Source: an uncultured Pseudomonadota bacterium
GTDB taxonomy: Bacteria; Oederibacteriota; Muellerivitia; Muellerivitales; Muellerivitaceae
Length of the DNA: 64,000 nt
NCBI GenBank assembly: GCA_963843375.1
Contig: CAWJKT010000011.1
Span: forward strand, 96,001-160,000
Direction: 5' to 3'
The position numbers and the translations under genes are program-made. This document shows positions 1 to 8,995 of the stretch, piece by piece. The notes under the pieces were generated by a model that worked only from the letters and a program-made list of their open reading frames with translations, did no database searches and was not told where the DNA came from. How positions within the stretch are numbered: position 1 is the first letter of the stretch; every line of letters begins with the position of its first letter.

Positions 1-851
1 TCGACATCGATGTCCAGGGCCTTGTGAAGCATTTCCACAAATTCGTCCCGGTTTTGCTCCTGTTCATCCACCGCTTCGGCGTAATTCACATAGGTCGAAG
101 CGCTCAATCCATGGTTCAGTTTTAAGGAAGCGTCGAAATGCTCCTTGGCTTTCTTCAGGGATCCGCCCATGAGAACCGGCCGGCTTCCCTCGTAAGTGAT
201 CAGGAAATCGTGGAGGGAACCCTCGTCATAATCGGGTTCCAGCTCATAAGCGCGGTAAATGAGGGCCTCTGCCTGGGGCACGTCGGACACCAAGTCCGGG
301 TCGTCTTTACCGATGGAAATGGCGGCCAGCCAGGAAACCCCCGTCCAGTAAATCAAATCGACATCCTGTTTGCGTAATTTAGCCACGGCGGCCTTGGGAT
401 TCTTAAAGATGAGGTCGGTGAAATTATGGTAATGGGTGTCCAGGCCTCTCAAGCCGTAATCCCGGGCCCGGACGTAAAGTTTTCTGGCCCTCACCTTTAA
501 GGCCCTGGATTTTTCGTAATCCATTTCGGCTTCATATTCACTGTCGGCCTGAACGAAAGCATAGCCATATTCGGTGAAACCCTTGCAGAGCGCCGTCAGG
601 AGTCCGACATGATGGGGGGTGGCGGCGAGGATGCTTTCCATGAGTTTCAGGCTGAAGGGAACGGATTCCCTTATCAAGTCCGGGTCATTATCGGCGGAGA
701 AAGTGTCGCCGGTCGAGGCTAGGCTGTCGGCCATGGAATTGACGGCCACGTCCTTGATGAAACAACCGTTGAGTAGAGGAGAAAAGGCCAGCAACCACAA
801 AAAAAGAAGGGAGCTGGATTTCAAATGACGAGAAGTTGGTGATAACCGCAA
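1..851 (-). CDS. tatT: TRAP transporter TatT (T-component) family lipoprotein, 3' end runs off the window
   Basis: Not in the ORF track; hand translation from TTG at 851 (GGAGG RBS upstream) gives MRLSPTSRHLKSSSLLFLWLLAFSPLLNGC (lipobox) FIKDVAVNSMADSLASTGDTFSADNDPDLIRESVPFSLKLMESIL...GFTEYGYAFVQ...RARKLYVRARDYGLRGL, which fits the TatT family pattern. Confidence 0.8.
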   Translation of the reverse strand, partial: MRLSPTSRHLKSSSLLFLWLLAFSPLLNGCFIKDVAVNSMADSLASTGDTFSADNDPDLIRESVPFSLKLMESILAATPHHVGLLTALCKGFTEYGYAFVQADSEYEAEMDYEKSRALKVRARKLYVRARDYGLRGLDTHYHNFTDLIFKNPKAAVAKLRKQDVDLIYWTGVSWLAAISIGKDDPDLVSDVPQAEALIYRAYELEPDYDEGSLHDFLITYEGSRPVLMGGSLKKAKEHFDASLKLNHGLSASTYVNYAEAVDEQEQNRDEFVEMLHKALDIDV

Positions 852-898
852 ATTTTCCTCCGGCAAAAAAAGGACATACCCGCTAATACGAGGGCCTT

Positions 899-927
899 GT
901 TTTACCGCCGGGAAGGAAGGCTGTCAA
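899..927 (-). promoter_or_regulatory. Putative sigma70 promoter of tatT
   Basis: Minus strand TTGACA-N17-TAAAAC upstream of the tatT start. Confidence 0.45.
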
Positions 928-1236
928 TGCCCGGGAAATTCCTAAAGTCCTGTAATTATAGTGTTTTTTAATTCGAATGGCGTCCTCGGAACTTGGATTT
1001 CGGCTTTCCTCAAGAATATTGACGTAACAAAGGCCTTTGACGATGGCCAGAAATTCAACCGGAAAAAATTCTTCCAGGAAAGGTTCCTTGTGCGCCCCAA
1101 GGGCGAATGGTTGTAGAAAAGGAAGGAAAAAAGAATTAAAAGATGCCGTTCCAAGGACAACGCCAGCGCATGGGAATGGCGAAATGGACCTTGGCTTTTT
1201 CCGGACGGGATTTATCGGGGAATCCTCAGGTGGCAT

Positions 1237-1271
1237 AAAAAAGCCGGGCAGAGATTCTGCCCGGCTTTTTT
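1237..1271. terminator. Intrinsic terminator (bidirectional shape)
   Basis: AAAAAAGCCGGGCAG-agatt-CTGCCCGGCTTTTTT: perfect stem with A/T tracts on both sides, just downstream of the 1312-1707 gene. Confidence 0.85.
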
Positions 1272-1311
1272 GGTTTGGGAAAAAATGATCGAGAGGGATG
1301 AATTTCCTAGA

Positions 1312-1707
1312 TCAGGGATTGGTCGACGGGGTGGAAGTATCTCCGTGTTTATCCCCGAAGATGGCCAGGGAACTCTCATCCAACAATTGATTCAATTGCT
1401 GGAACTGCTCGTCGGTCAGCCCCTTCTGTCCGCTTTGCTTGTTTTGTTGAAAATCGCTTCGCATTTGTATTCGGACCGCCTCGATCTTGTTCTCCAGGGT
1501 TTTTGCCTCATCCTGTGTGAGTTTTCCGCTTTTCAGTCCCGCCGCGATACGTTCCCTTTGGTTTTTCATGCGAGTATGGATTTCGGTAAAATGGGGGTTA
1601 TCCCACTTCATGGAGGGTTGGGCACCGGGAGTGGCGTTTTGAGCAAAAGCCAAACCAGTTGAACCGATCAATAAAAGTAAAGCCACAAAAGTAATTATAC
1701 GTTTCAT
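1312..1707 (-). CDS. Exported alpha-helical hypothetical protein (131 aa)
   Basis: Start MKRIITFVALLLLIGSTGLAFA is a signal peptide, with AGGAG RBS; helical repeats GLKSGKLTQDEA and GLTDEQFQQLNQLLD. Confidence 0.8.
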   Translation of the reverse strand: MKRIITFVALLLLIGSTGLAFAQNATPGAQPSMKWDNPHFTEIHTRMKNQRERIAAGLKSGKLTQDEAKTLENKIEAVRIQMRSDFQQNKQSGQKGLTDEQFQQLNQLLDESSLAIFGDKHGDTSTPSTNP

Positions 1708-1750
1708 AAATTCTTCTCCTTCAATTATTTTTCTCTTTAATAATATAATA

Positions 1751-1779
1751 TTAGACGTCCCGGTTTTAAGAAAGTACCG
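1751..1779 (-). promoter_or_regulatory. Putative ECF-sigma promoter
   Basis: CGGTAC-N16-CGTCTAA, 44 bp upstream of the 1707 start. Confidence 0.5.
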
Positions 1780-1822
1780 ATGACAACCTAATTTACCCGG
1801 AATTGGGGATGTTTTGAGAACT

Positions 1823-1856
1823 AAAAGCGATCCGGTCACAAAACCGGACCGCTTTA
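1823..1856 (-). terminator. Intrinsic terminator of the small basic protein gene
   Basis: Minus strand AAAGCGGTCCGGT-tttgtg-ACCGGATCGCTTTT hairpin followed by a T run, downstream of the stop at 1897. Confidence 0.65.
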
Positions 1857-1896
1857 GGACATCTTTGGGGCTTTGAGGCCCTTGTTCGAGCCGGAA

Positions 1897-2067
1897 TTAC
1901 TTGGCTGGAGCTGTTGAAGTTGCAGAGCCCTTTTTCTTGTGGTGTTTCTTGTGGCTGTGTTTTATGGACTTTGTCGCCGGGGAAGCCGCAGTTCCTTGGG
2001 CCAAAACCAGACCGGAAGTCGCGGTGACGAAAAACAGCGCCAAAACCATTGCCAGAACTTTTTTCAT
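1897..2067 (-). CDS. Small exported His/Lys-rich protein, acid shock protein Asr-like (56 aa)
   Basis: Not in the ORF track. MKKVLAMVLALFFVTATSGLVLA-QGTAASPATKSIKHSHKKHHKKKGSATSTAPAK*; AAAGGAGG RBS, signal peptide, own promoter and terminator. Confidence 0.85.
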   Translation of the reverse strand: MKKVLAMVLALFFVTATSGLVLAQGTAASPATKSIKHSHKKHHKKKGSATSTAPAK

Positions 2068-2130
2068 TTTTCCTCCTTTGATTGTTGAACCGGTTTAATT
2101 AGCAATTTTTATTACAAATTTCATTGTGGT

Positions 2131-2160
2131 TTAGACGGCATATTCAGGTAAAAAGTTTCA
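2131..2160 (-). promoter_or_regulatory. Putative ECF-sigma promoter
   Basis: TGAAAC-N17-CGTCTAA, matching the Bacillus SigM/SigW-type ECF consensus, 64 bp upstream of the 2067 start. Confidence 0.7.
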
Positions 2161-2234
2161 CGCTTTTCCCTTTGAAACAAGAGGCTTTAAGAGTTCCTCT
2201 TTCTGGGTCTAAGGATGTATTTTTTCAAGTTTCG

Positions 2235-2263
2235 TTGACATTCAACCGACCGGTTGGTAGGTT
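2235..2263 (+). promoter_or_regulatory. sigma70 promoter of tetR with TetR-type operator in the spacer
   Basis: TTGACA(2235)-N17-TAGGTT(2258); near-palindrome ACCGACCGGTTGGT at 2245-2258, typical of AcrR/TetR autoregulatory operators. Confidence 0.7.
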
Positions 2264-2272
2264 TATGCCCCC

Positions 2273-2884
2273 ATGACGAAGCTCATCAATGAACAAAAAC
2301 ATTCGGACCAGCGCATGCGGCTTTTGTCGCACGCCCGGCGGTTGATTGCCAACCAAGGGTTCAAGGAAACAAGCATGGCTCAGATCGCCAAGGCCTGCAA
2401 GGTGACCAAAGCGACCCTCTACCATTACTTCAAAAGCAAAGAGGCGATTCTTTTGGCGATCTTGGGATGCCACGAGGATGAAATGGAATCGCTCAAGGGT
2501 GAACTAGCCAAAGCCCACAACCTCAAGGAGGTTTTTTACGCCATCGCCCATAACCACATGGAAAGAATGGGCCGTCCCGAAAACCTGGAATTTCTCAAGA
2601 TCCTCGTGAACGAGTCCATGACCAATCCGGGAGTGAAAAAATTCTATCTGGGATTCATCAAGGAATCCCTTACTACGGTGGCCCGAGACATCCTGGCACC
2701 TTTTGTGAAGGAAAGATTAAACGAAGTGGAGATCCGGCGGACCTATTTCCAATTTCTAGGAGCGCTATCTCATTACACCTGGCAGGTGAAAATGGTCGGT
2801 GGGTTATCTGACATCATCGGGGACGACGAATCTTATATCCGGCTTTTATCGAAGGTTTACGCGAACCAGTTCATGAACGGATAA
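2273..2884 (+). CDS. TetR/AcrR family transcriptional regulator
   Basis: N-terminal HTH GFKETSMAQIAKACKVTKATLYHYFKSKE. Confidence 0.95.
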   Translation: MTKLINEQKHSDQRMRLLSHARRLIANQGFKETSMAQIAKACKVTKATLYHYFKSKEAILLAILGCHEDEMESLKGELAKAHNLKEVFYAIAHNHMERMGRPENLEFLKILVNESMTNPGVKKFYLGFIKESLTTVARDILAPFVKERLNEVEIRRTYFQFLGALSHYTWQVKMVGGLSDIIGDDESYIRLLSKVYANQFMNG

Positions 2885-3001
2885 ATTTCATCAAGAGACC
2901 GGTGAACAAGACTGAAGCATCGAAAGTGAAATAGTCCGTTTTGGATAGACTAAAGAGGCTTGGGGCGGATCTATCCAGTGAGCGAGGTTTAAGACCAGGC
3001 C

Positions 3002-3556
3002 ATGAACGATTTTCGACAAGCAGAGGCTTTCCAGGCTTTTGTGGCGGAACACCGGGAACTGTGGGTGCGCTTGGCGCGCCGGGTTCTGGGAAACCGGGAG
3101 GAAGCGGAAGACGTGGTCCAGGAAACCCTGGCCATCCTTTGGGAACGCCGCGAGGAGTTGGAGATCGAGAATCCCGGTGCCTACACGGCCCGGGCGGTTT
3201 GGCTGAACGCGCTCAAGCGAGGGGCGAGACGTAAATACCATCTCCCTTTGGAGATGGCCGAGTCGGCGGACATGAAAAGGTTGGGGGAATATTTTCTCCC
3301 GGCGCCGGTGGATCTCCAGGACCTGGAAAAGGCCCTGGAGAATCTTCCGGAGGCCCAGAAGACGGTCCTTAGGATGAAGTATCACCTTGGATTGTCCTTC
3401 AAGGAAATTGGCGAGGCTTTAGAGATTTCCTTGAACACGGCGGGCAGCCGCTGCCGTTACGCCCTGGGGGCCTTGAGGGCCGCCCTGGGAGCCCATCGCC
3501 ATCTGCCGAAGAGGCCGAAAGGCGGCCCCGGATCAAGAGGAGTGTCAGATGAGTGA
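3002..3556 (+). CDS. ECF RNA polymerase sigma factor
   Basis: Region 2 EAEDVVQETLAILW; region 4 LPEAQKTVLRMKYHLGLSFKEIGEALEISLNTAGSR. Confidence 0.9.
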   Translation: MNDFRQAEAFQAFVAEHRELWVRLARRVLGNREEAEDVVQETLAILWERREELEIENPGAYTARAVWLNALKRGARRKYHLPLEMAESADMKRLGEYFLPAPVDLQDLEKALENLPEAQKTVLRMKYHLGLSFKEIGEALEISLNTAGSRCRYALGALRAALGAHRHLPKRPKGGPGSRGVSDE

Positions 3557-4007
3557 GGAATTAAAAAATCCGCAGAAGATCCACGCGAACGTTTTGTTTG
3601 GAGAAGGAAACCATATCGCTGTGACGGGAATTGTCGGGGGAGTCGTGCTGGCCCTGGGTTTTTCCTGGATTGTATTGGCTTACGGCCAGGCTTTGGGCTC
3701 GACCCTATTGGTGATTTTCGTCCTTTCGGGGCTCATCGCCGGAGGGCTGGTGGCCTTGACTTCCGCCTTTTTCGGCCTAGTCATGCCCCGCCAAGTGGAT
3801 GGGGGTGCGCCCGGCGCGATCAAGGACTGGATTCGCTTGGGGCTGGAACGGAAAAATTGGAGCGAAAAAGATTGGAAGGATTGGGCGGAGGGCAGCGATG
3901 AGCCTGATGCTGATTGGTCCGAACCCGACGTCCAAAATTGGACCCTGCAGGATTGGAAGGCTTGGGGCGAAAAGATGAAGGCGAAGTACAAGGGAAAGTC
4001 ATTCTAG
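3549..4007 (+). CDS. Two-TM membrane protein with Trp-rich C-terminal repeats, candidate anti-sigma/partner
   Basis: Overlaps the sigma stop; two hydrophobic segments; repeats NWSEKDWKDWAE and NWTLQDWKAWGE. Confidence 0.7.
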   Translation: MSEELKNPQKIHANVLFGEGNHIAVTGIVGGVVLALGFSWIVLAYGQALGSTLLVIFVLSGLIAGGLVALTSAFFGLVMPRQVDGGAPGAIKDWIRLGLERKNWSEKDWKDWAEGSDEPDADWSEPDVQNWTLQDWKAWGEKMKAKYKGKSF

Positions 4008-4031
4008 CTCCTGACTGGGATTGATGGGGGT

Positions 4032-4070
4032 CGTTACATTTGGTTACAAACCGAAACAAGGCTGAAAAGC
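4032..4070 (+). promoter_or_regulatory. OmpR-family response regulator binding box upstream of tolC
   Basis: GTTACA-N4-GTTACA-N4-GAAACA with 10-bp period; 33/39 identical to 46394-46432; TATATT -10-like hexamer at 4091. Confidence 0.75.
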
Positions 4071-4155
4071 AAAAAGTCTTGATCTGGTTTTATATTGAAG
4101 CGAGGCAAGGATGGGATGGCTTGCGGTTTTAAATCGAGCAAGGTGGAACGGGAAC

Positions 4156-5622
4156 ATGGGAAAGCGATTTGGGCTGGTAATGGCTTTATGGCTGGCGGCA
4201 GGAGCGGCTTTCGCCCAGCAAAAACTGTCGCTGGAGGACTACTTGGGGCAGGTACAGTCCCAGGGAGCGGATTACCAATCCTCCCAGGCAGCCGTGGAAG
4301 GCTATGAGAAACAGTCCCACCAGCAGGATCTGACTTATTCGCCCCAAATGGTGGCCGGTTATAACCATTTGGACGACAAAGAACAGCCCAATGGCCTCAG
4401 CTATCCCCACGCACTGACGGACACGGCGGGAGTCTCCTTTACGGACAAATTACCCTTCGGGCCATCCCTTTCGGTGGGTTACGCTTTTACCAACTTTAAC
4501 GCCAGCGTTAATCCTGAATTGAACGACATTGTCTTTAACGGGGTATCACTGGGGAGTGTTTTCCCCACTTCCTATTACCAGGTAGCCCCGGTGATCTCGC
4601 TTTCGGTGCCTCTCTTGAAGGATTTTGGGGGCGCCCAGACTAGCGCGGGGGTCCACCAGGTCCAGTACCAATTTGAATCCTCGGCCAGTTCCGCGGCTTA
4701 CCAAAGTGCCCAGGCGCTTTACAACGCCAAGGTGGCCTATTGGAACTTGGCACTTGCCCGGACCCAAATCAAAATCTATCAGGACACTCTTGACCGCAGC
4801 CAGCAGATTTGGGATTGGACCAAGCGGCGCGTGGCGCGCAACCTAGCCGACCCGCCCGACGCCTTGCAGGCCGAGGCCTCGGTACGGCTGGCCGAATTGG
4901 ATTTGGAACAGGCGACCGAGAGCGAAAGATCGGCCCGGCTCCAATTCAACCGTTACCGTGGGACGCGAGAGGACAATGTTCCCGAGCAACTGGATAACCT
5001 CGACGACTCCCTATCGGGATTAAAAGTGGAACTCCCCGCCGCCTTGCCCGACCGCTTGGACCTGAAAGCCACCCAAAAAACGGCGGACAGCCAAAAAGCC
5101 GCTTACGATCAGGCTGCTCAAAATATTTATCCCGATATCACCCTCAACGCCTCCTGGCGGGGGAACGGATTGGACCCCACCTTTGAGCCCGCCGACCAGA
5201 CGGCCTGGGCCTTCAATTATCCCACTTGGAACATCGGCGCCCAGTTCAACCTTCCGCTGGATGTCTTCACGGCTTCCCGAGTGGCCGAGGGCTACAAGCG
5301 GACTTACGAGAGCGCGGTCCTGAGTTTGAAGGACAAGCAGTTGGAAGTAGGCCAAGACTGGCAGGATTGGCGCAACCGAATGACCGACGTGGACAAACGC
5401 CTCGCCATGACCACCGAAATCGAGGAAATCCAGAAAAACAAGGCGGATCAGGAGAGAAAACGACTGGAGTTCGGCCGCACCACTGAGTTCCAGCTTTTGT
5501 CCTTTGAGAACGACTATAACGCCGCGCGCTTGAACCGCCTGGCGGTCATCGCGGAAAAACTGAACCTCCTGGCCCAGGCCCAATGGTGGCTCTCGACGGA
5601 AAAAGAAAGTTCTAAGTTTTGA
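4156..5622 (+). CDS. TolC family outer membrane efflux protein
   Basis: Signal peptide MGKRFGLVMALWLAAGAAFA, LSLEDYL start of mature protein, OEP-type helical repeats (VKVAYWNL-like NAKVAYWNLALA, RLEFGRTTEFQLL). Alternative start at 4111. Confidence 0.88.
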   Translation: MGKRFGLVMALWLAAGAAFAQQKLSLEDYLGQVQSQGADYQSSQAAVEGYEKQSHQQDLTYSPQMVAGYNHLDDKEQPNGLSYPHALTDTAGVSFTDKLPFGPSLSVGYAFTNFNASVNPELNDIVFNGVSLGSVFPTSYYQVAPVISLSVPLLKDFGGAQTSAGVHQVQYQFESSASSAAYQSAQALYNAKVAYWNLALARTQIKIYQDTLDRSQQIWDWTKRRVARNLADPPDALQAEASVRLAELDLEQATESERSARLQFNRYRGTREDNVPEQLDNLDDSLSGLKVELPAALPDRLDLKATQKTADSQKAAYDQAAQNIYPDITLNASWRGNGLDPTFEPADQTAWAFNYPTWNIGAQFNLPLDVFTASRVAEGYKRTYESAVLSLKDKQLEVGQDWQDWRNRMTDVDKRLAMTTEIEEIQKNKADQERKRLEFGRTTEFQLLSFENDYNAARLNRLAVIAEKLNLLAQAQWWLSTEKESSKF

Positions 5623-5712
5623 GTTTAAATTTTGAGTAAGGGGAGCTTTTGAACCTTTGGTTTAAAAGCTTGATTATTTATAAACTCAAAACCCAAAACA
5701 TTTAGTCTCAAA
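5616..5712. repeat. AT-rich nested inverted repeat in the tolC-RND spacer
   Basis: GTTTTGAGTTTA (5616-5627) and TAAACTCAAAAC (5681-5692) form a perfect 12-bp IR enclosing an inner hairpin at 5644-5670; extra TTTGAG/CTCAAA copies flank it. Confidence 0.7.
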
Positions 5713-5750
5713 CTGAATAGGGAACTAAAAGTGCTAAAGGAGCACAAATA

Positions 5751-8700
5751 ATGAATCTGCCTAAACTCGCCATCGACCGGCCGGCCTTCATCACTTGCGT
5801 GGCCATCCTCATCATGATTTTGGGCATCATGGCCTATCGGTCCCTCGGTATCGATCTTTTCCCCGATGTTAGCTTCCCGGTGGTTTCAGTCACCACAAAC
5901 TATAAGGGAGCGGCACCGGAGGAAATCGAGACACAGATATCCAAGCCCATGGAGGAGCAGTTTTCCTCCCTCCAGGGCGTCAAACAGATCAATTCCACCA
6001 ACCAGGAGGGCTATTCGGTGGTGACCGTCCAGTTCACCCTGGAAACGGACAGCAAGGAAGCGGAGCAAAGGGTGAGGGACAGCTTGTCCCTGGTGCGTCC
6101 CAAACTGCCCAAGGACGTGGAGGAGCCCGTCATCCAACGGTTGGACCCCTCGGACCAGCCCATCATGATCCTGGCATTGAAGTCCTCCCTCACCTCTCCC
6201 CAGGCCTACGATCTGGCCGATCAGTTTATCAAACCCCAGTTAGCCCAATTGAACGGGGTCGGCGTAGTGGACATTTTTGGAAGTTCCAAACGGGAAATCC
6301 GGGTGGAGTTGGATCGAAACAAGCTCAACGCTTACCACATTAGCGCCAGTTCGGTGGCTGACAATATCGGATTGAACGGCCAGAACATTCCCGTGGGCAA
6401 ATTCGAATTGAACGGCAAAAACATCCTTTTCCGTTCGGTGGGAGAATACAACGACTTGGATCGTCTGAGGCACACGGTGATTAATTTCGTGGGTTCGGAC
6501 GTACCCATTACGGTTGATAAAGTAGGGACGGTAGTCGACACCGTCGAGGACGCCCAAAATTACAGTTCCTTCAAGGGCGAGCCTTCACTGTTCCTGCAGA
6601 TCCACAAGCAAACCAAGGCCAATACGGTGGCGGTGGTGGACGAGGTCAAGGGGGCCATCGATTCCTTGAACGAACTGCTGAAAACCCGGCAGGGGGGCGC
6701 CCAACTTTCCCTAGTGCGTGAGGATGCTTGGGGCATCCGCTTGAATCTGGACGACGTCAAACAAACCATCTTCCTGGGCATCCTATTGACCGTCCTGGTG
6801 GTGCTGCTTTTTCTGGGAAGTTTCCGCTCTACATTAATCACGATCACCGCCCTGCCCACTTCGCTTTTGGGGGCCTTCATCCTGATGAATTGGATGGGCT
6901 TTACCCTGAATTTCATGACTATCCTGGCCCTTTCCCTCGCGGTAGGGCTTCTTATCGACGACGCCATCGTCGTGCGTGAAAATATTTGGCGGCACATGGA
7001 GGAGGGGGAGGAGCCGAAGAAAGCCGCCATCCACGGCACTATGGAAGTCGCCTTGGCGGTCGTGGCTACCACCGGTGTCATCATTGCCGTTTTTCTTCCC
7101 ATCGCCTTTTTGAAGGGCACGGTGGGCCAGTTCTTCAAACAATTTGGGATGACAGTCTGCTTTGCCATGGTCATCTCGTTGTTCGAGGCCCTCACCATGG
7201 GTCCCATGCTTTCCGCCTATTGGGCGGGGAAGAGGGGAAAAGCCGAATCCAAGCTGGCCTTTTTCCAATGGTTCGATGACCTTCAAACGCGCATGGAGAA
7301 GGGCTACGAGAAGGTCATCGGATGGAGCATCCACCACCGTAGGTGGGTCGTCCTCACGGCTTTCTTTATCTTTTTCGGAAGCCTGTTCTTGGGCAAATTT
7401 ATTCCCTTTACCTTTGTGCCCAATGCGGACAATCCGGAATTCCAAGTGACCTTGAAGGGCCCTCCCGACATGGCCCTGGACGCCACAAGGGATTTGACCA
7501 GCAAGATCGCGGCGATCGTCCGGGCCCATCCGGAGATCGACGTCACTTCCGAAGTCGTGGGGGATACTCAAGGAAACGAGAATGTCGCACTGATATACGC
7601 GAAGTTGATCAATTACCGTCTGCGCAAACTGACGGCCGCGGAACTGAAGGTCGCCATTCGGAAGGAATTGGAGCCCTACCGGCAGTTGATGCAACCCCAA
7701 GTGGGGGACCGGGATGCCTTGGGCAACCAGGCTCCCTTCAGCCTCGACATTGTGGGAACCGACTATAAAGTGCTGGAACCGGTGGTTGACCGTCTCAAAG
7801 AAAAGATCAAGGCCATCCCCGGGTTAGAGGACGTCGAGACCAATTACGACGGGGGGAAGGCGGAGTTCCAAGCCGTCCTGGATCCGGCCAAATGCCGCCA
7901 ATTGGGCGTTCTTGGACATCCAGGCGGGTGACGAGCTTCGCACCCAGATCGAGGGTACGGTCCCCGCCAAGTTTAGGGAGAACGGGCTGGAGTACGACAT
8001 CCGGGTGCGAATGCAGGAAGACCAGCGCAATCTCCAGACAGGACTTCAATGACGTTTACGTGCCCAATACCAATAACCGCATGGTCCGGCTCTTGGACAT
8101 CGCCCAACCGGTCACCACCGAAGGACCGTCCAAGATCAACCGTCTCAACCGCCAGCGCTATATCGAAATTACCGGGCAATTGGGCGCGAAGGGGGCTCTG
8201 GGCACCATCATCAACCAGGCAAAGGCGATCCTGGCGAAGGAAACCTTGCCGCCGGGCGTCACTTATAGTTTCGTGGGACAGGGCAAGGACCTGCAGGACC
8301 TCTCGATCAGCATGCTGGTGGCCATGGTTTTGGCTCTGCTTTTCACCTATATGATCCTCACCAGCCTCTACGACTCGCCCATCATTCCCTTTTCCATCAT
8401 GATTTCCATCCCCTTGGCCATCGTGGGGGCCTTCGTGGCTTTGCTGGTGACGGGCCAGAGCCTGAATATTTTCACCATGATCTCCCTTATCATGCTTATG
8501 GGGCTGGTGACGAAGAACGCCATCCTCTTGGTGGATTACGTGGTGCGCATGGAAGGCCAGGGGATGTCTCGGGACGAGGCCATCAAGAAGGCGGGAATCA
8601 TCCGCCTGCGGCCCATTCTCATGACAACAATGGCCCTCATCATGGGGATGATGCCGGTGGCCCTGGCCCTGAGCGAGGTCGGCAAGTTCCGCCAGTCCAT

Positions 8701-8875
8701 GGGCGTGGCGGTCATCGGCGGTCTCGTCAGTTCGCTCTTTTTGACACTAATCGTGGTCCCTTCGGTCTATGGATATATGGACGATTTAAGATTTTGGTTC
8801 CGGAACCTTTTCGGTCTGGGAGCCGATAAGCCTGTATCGAAAGGAAAGAATCCAAAGGCCGCAAAGGCAAAGTAG
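5751..8875 (+). CDS. RND efflux permease (AcrB/AcrD/AcrF family), interrupted by two apparent frameshifts (~7914, ~8040)
   Basis: MNLPKLAIDRP, GLLIDDAIVVRENI, GLVTKNAILLVDY and RLRPILMTT motifs; a third frame bridges the two ORFs (DIQAGDELRTQIEGTVPAKFRENGLEYDIRVRMQEDQRNLQ). Confidence 0.92.
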
Positions 8876-8995
8876 CGGAATTAAAACGGGACGAAATGAC
8901 GGCGGGAAGCCAAGCCAGCGGGGAAGAGACGTCTAAAGTTCAAATATCGAAATAAGCCTTCTGGCTTTGAAAACTACCGGATTAGGAGGAAGTTC

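Noticed and set aside
961..1116. Possible 51-aa ORF on the + strand (MFFNSNGVLGTWISAFLKNID...) and overlapping track ORFs 883-1288
   Set aside because: No RBS, no recognisable motif, and several competing frames; none can be supported.
3820..4059. Two track ORFs starting MFRFVTKCN (3820-4059 and the 46421 extension of the response regulator)
   Set aside because: The shared peptide is the antisense translation of the shared DNA binding box, not a protein motif.
7900..8050. Programmed frameshifting or a naturally split RND gene
   Set aside because: No slippery heptamer was seen; two shifts within 130 bp plus similar shifts in six unrelated genes point to sequence error.
8876..8995. Cobalamin-riboswitch-like words (AAAACGGGA, GGGAAG, AGCCAG) and a CGTCTAA upstream of exbB
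   Set aside because: The spacer is too short and lacks the core GGTGnAAnTCC, GCCCCCGC and ACTGT elements; the CGTCTAA has no AAC-type -35 at 16-17 bp. An Rfam cmscan would settle it.
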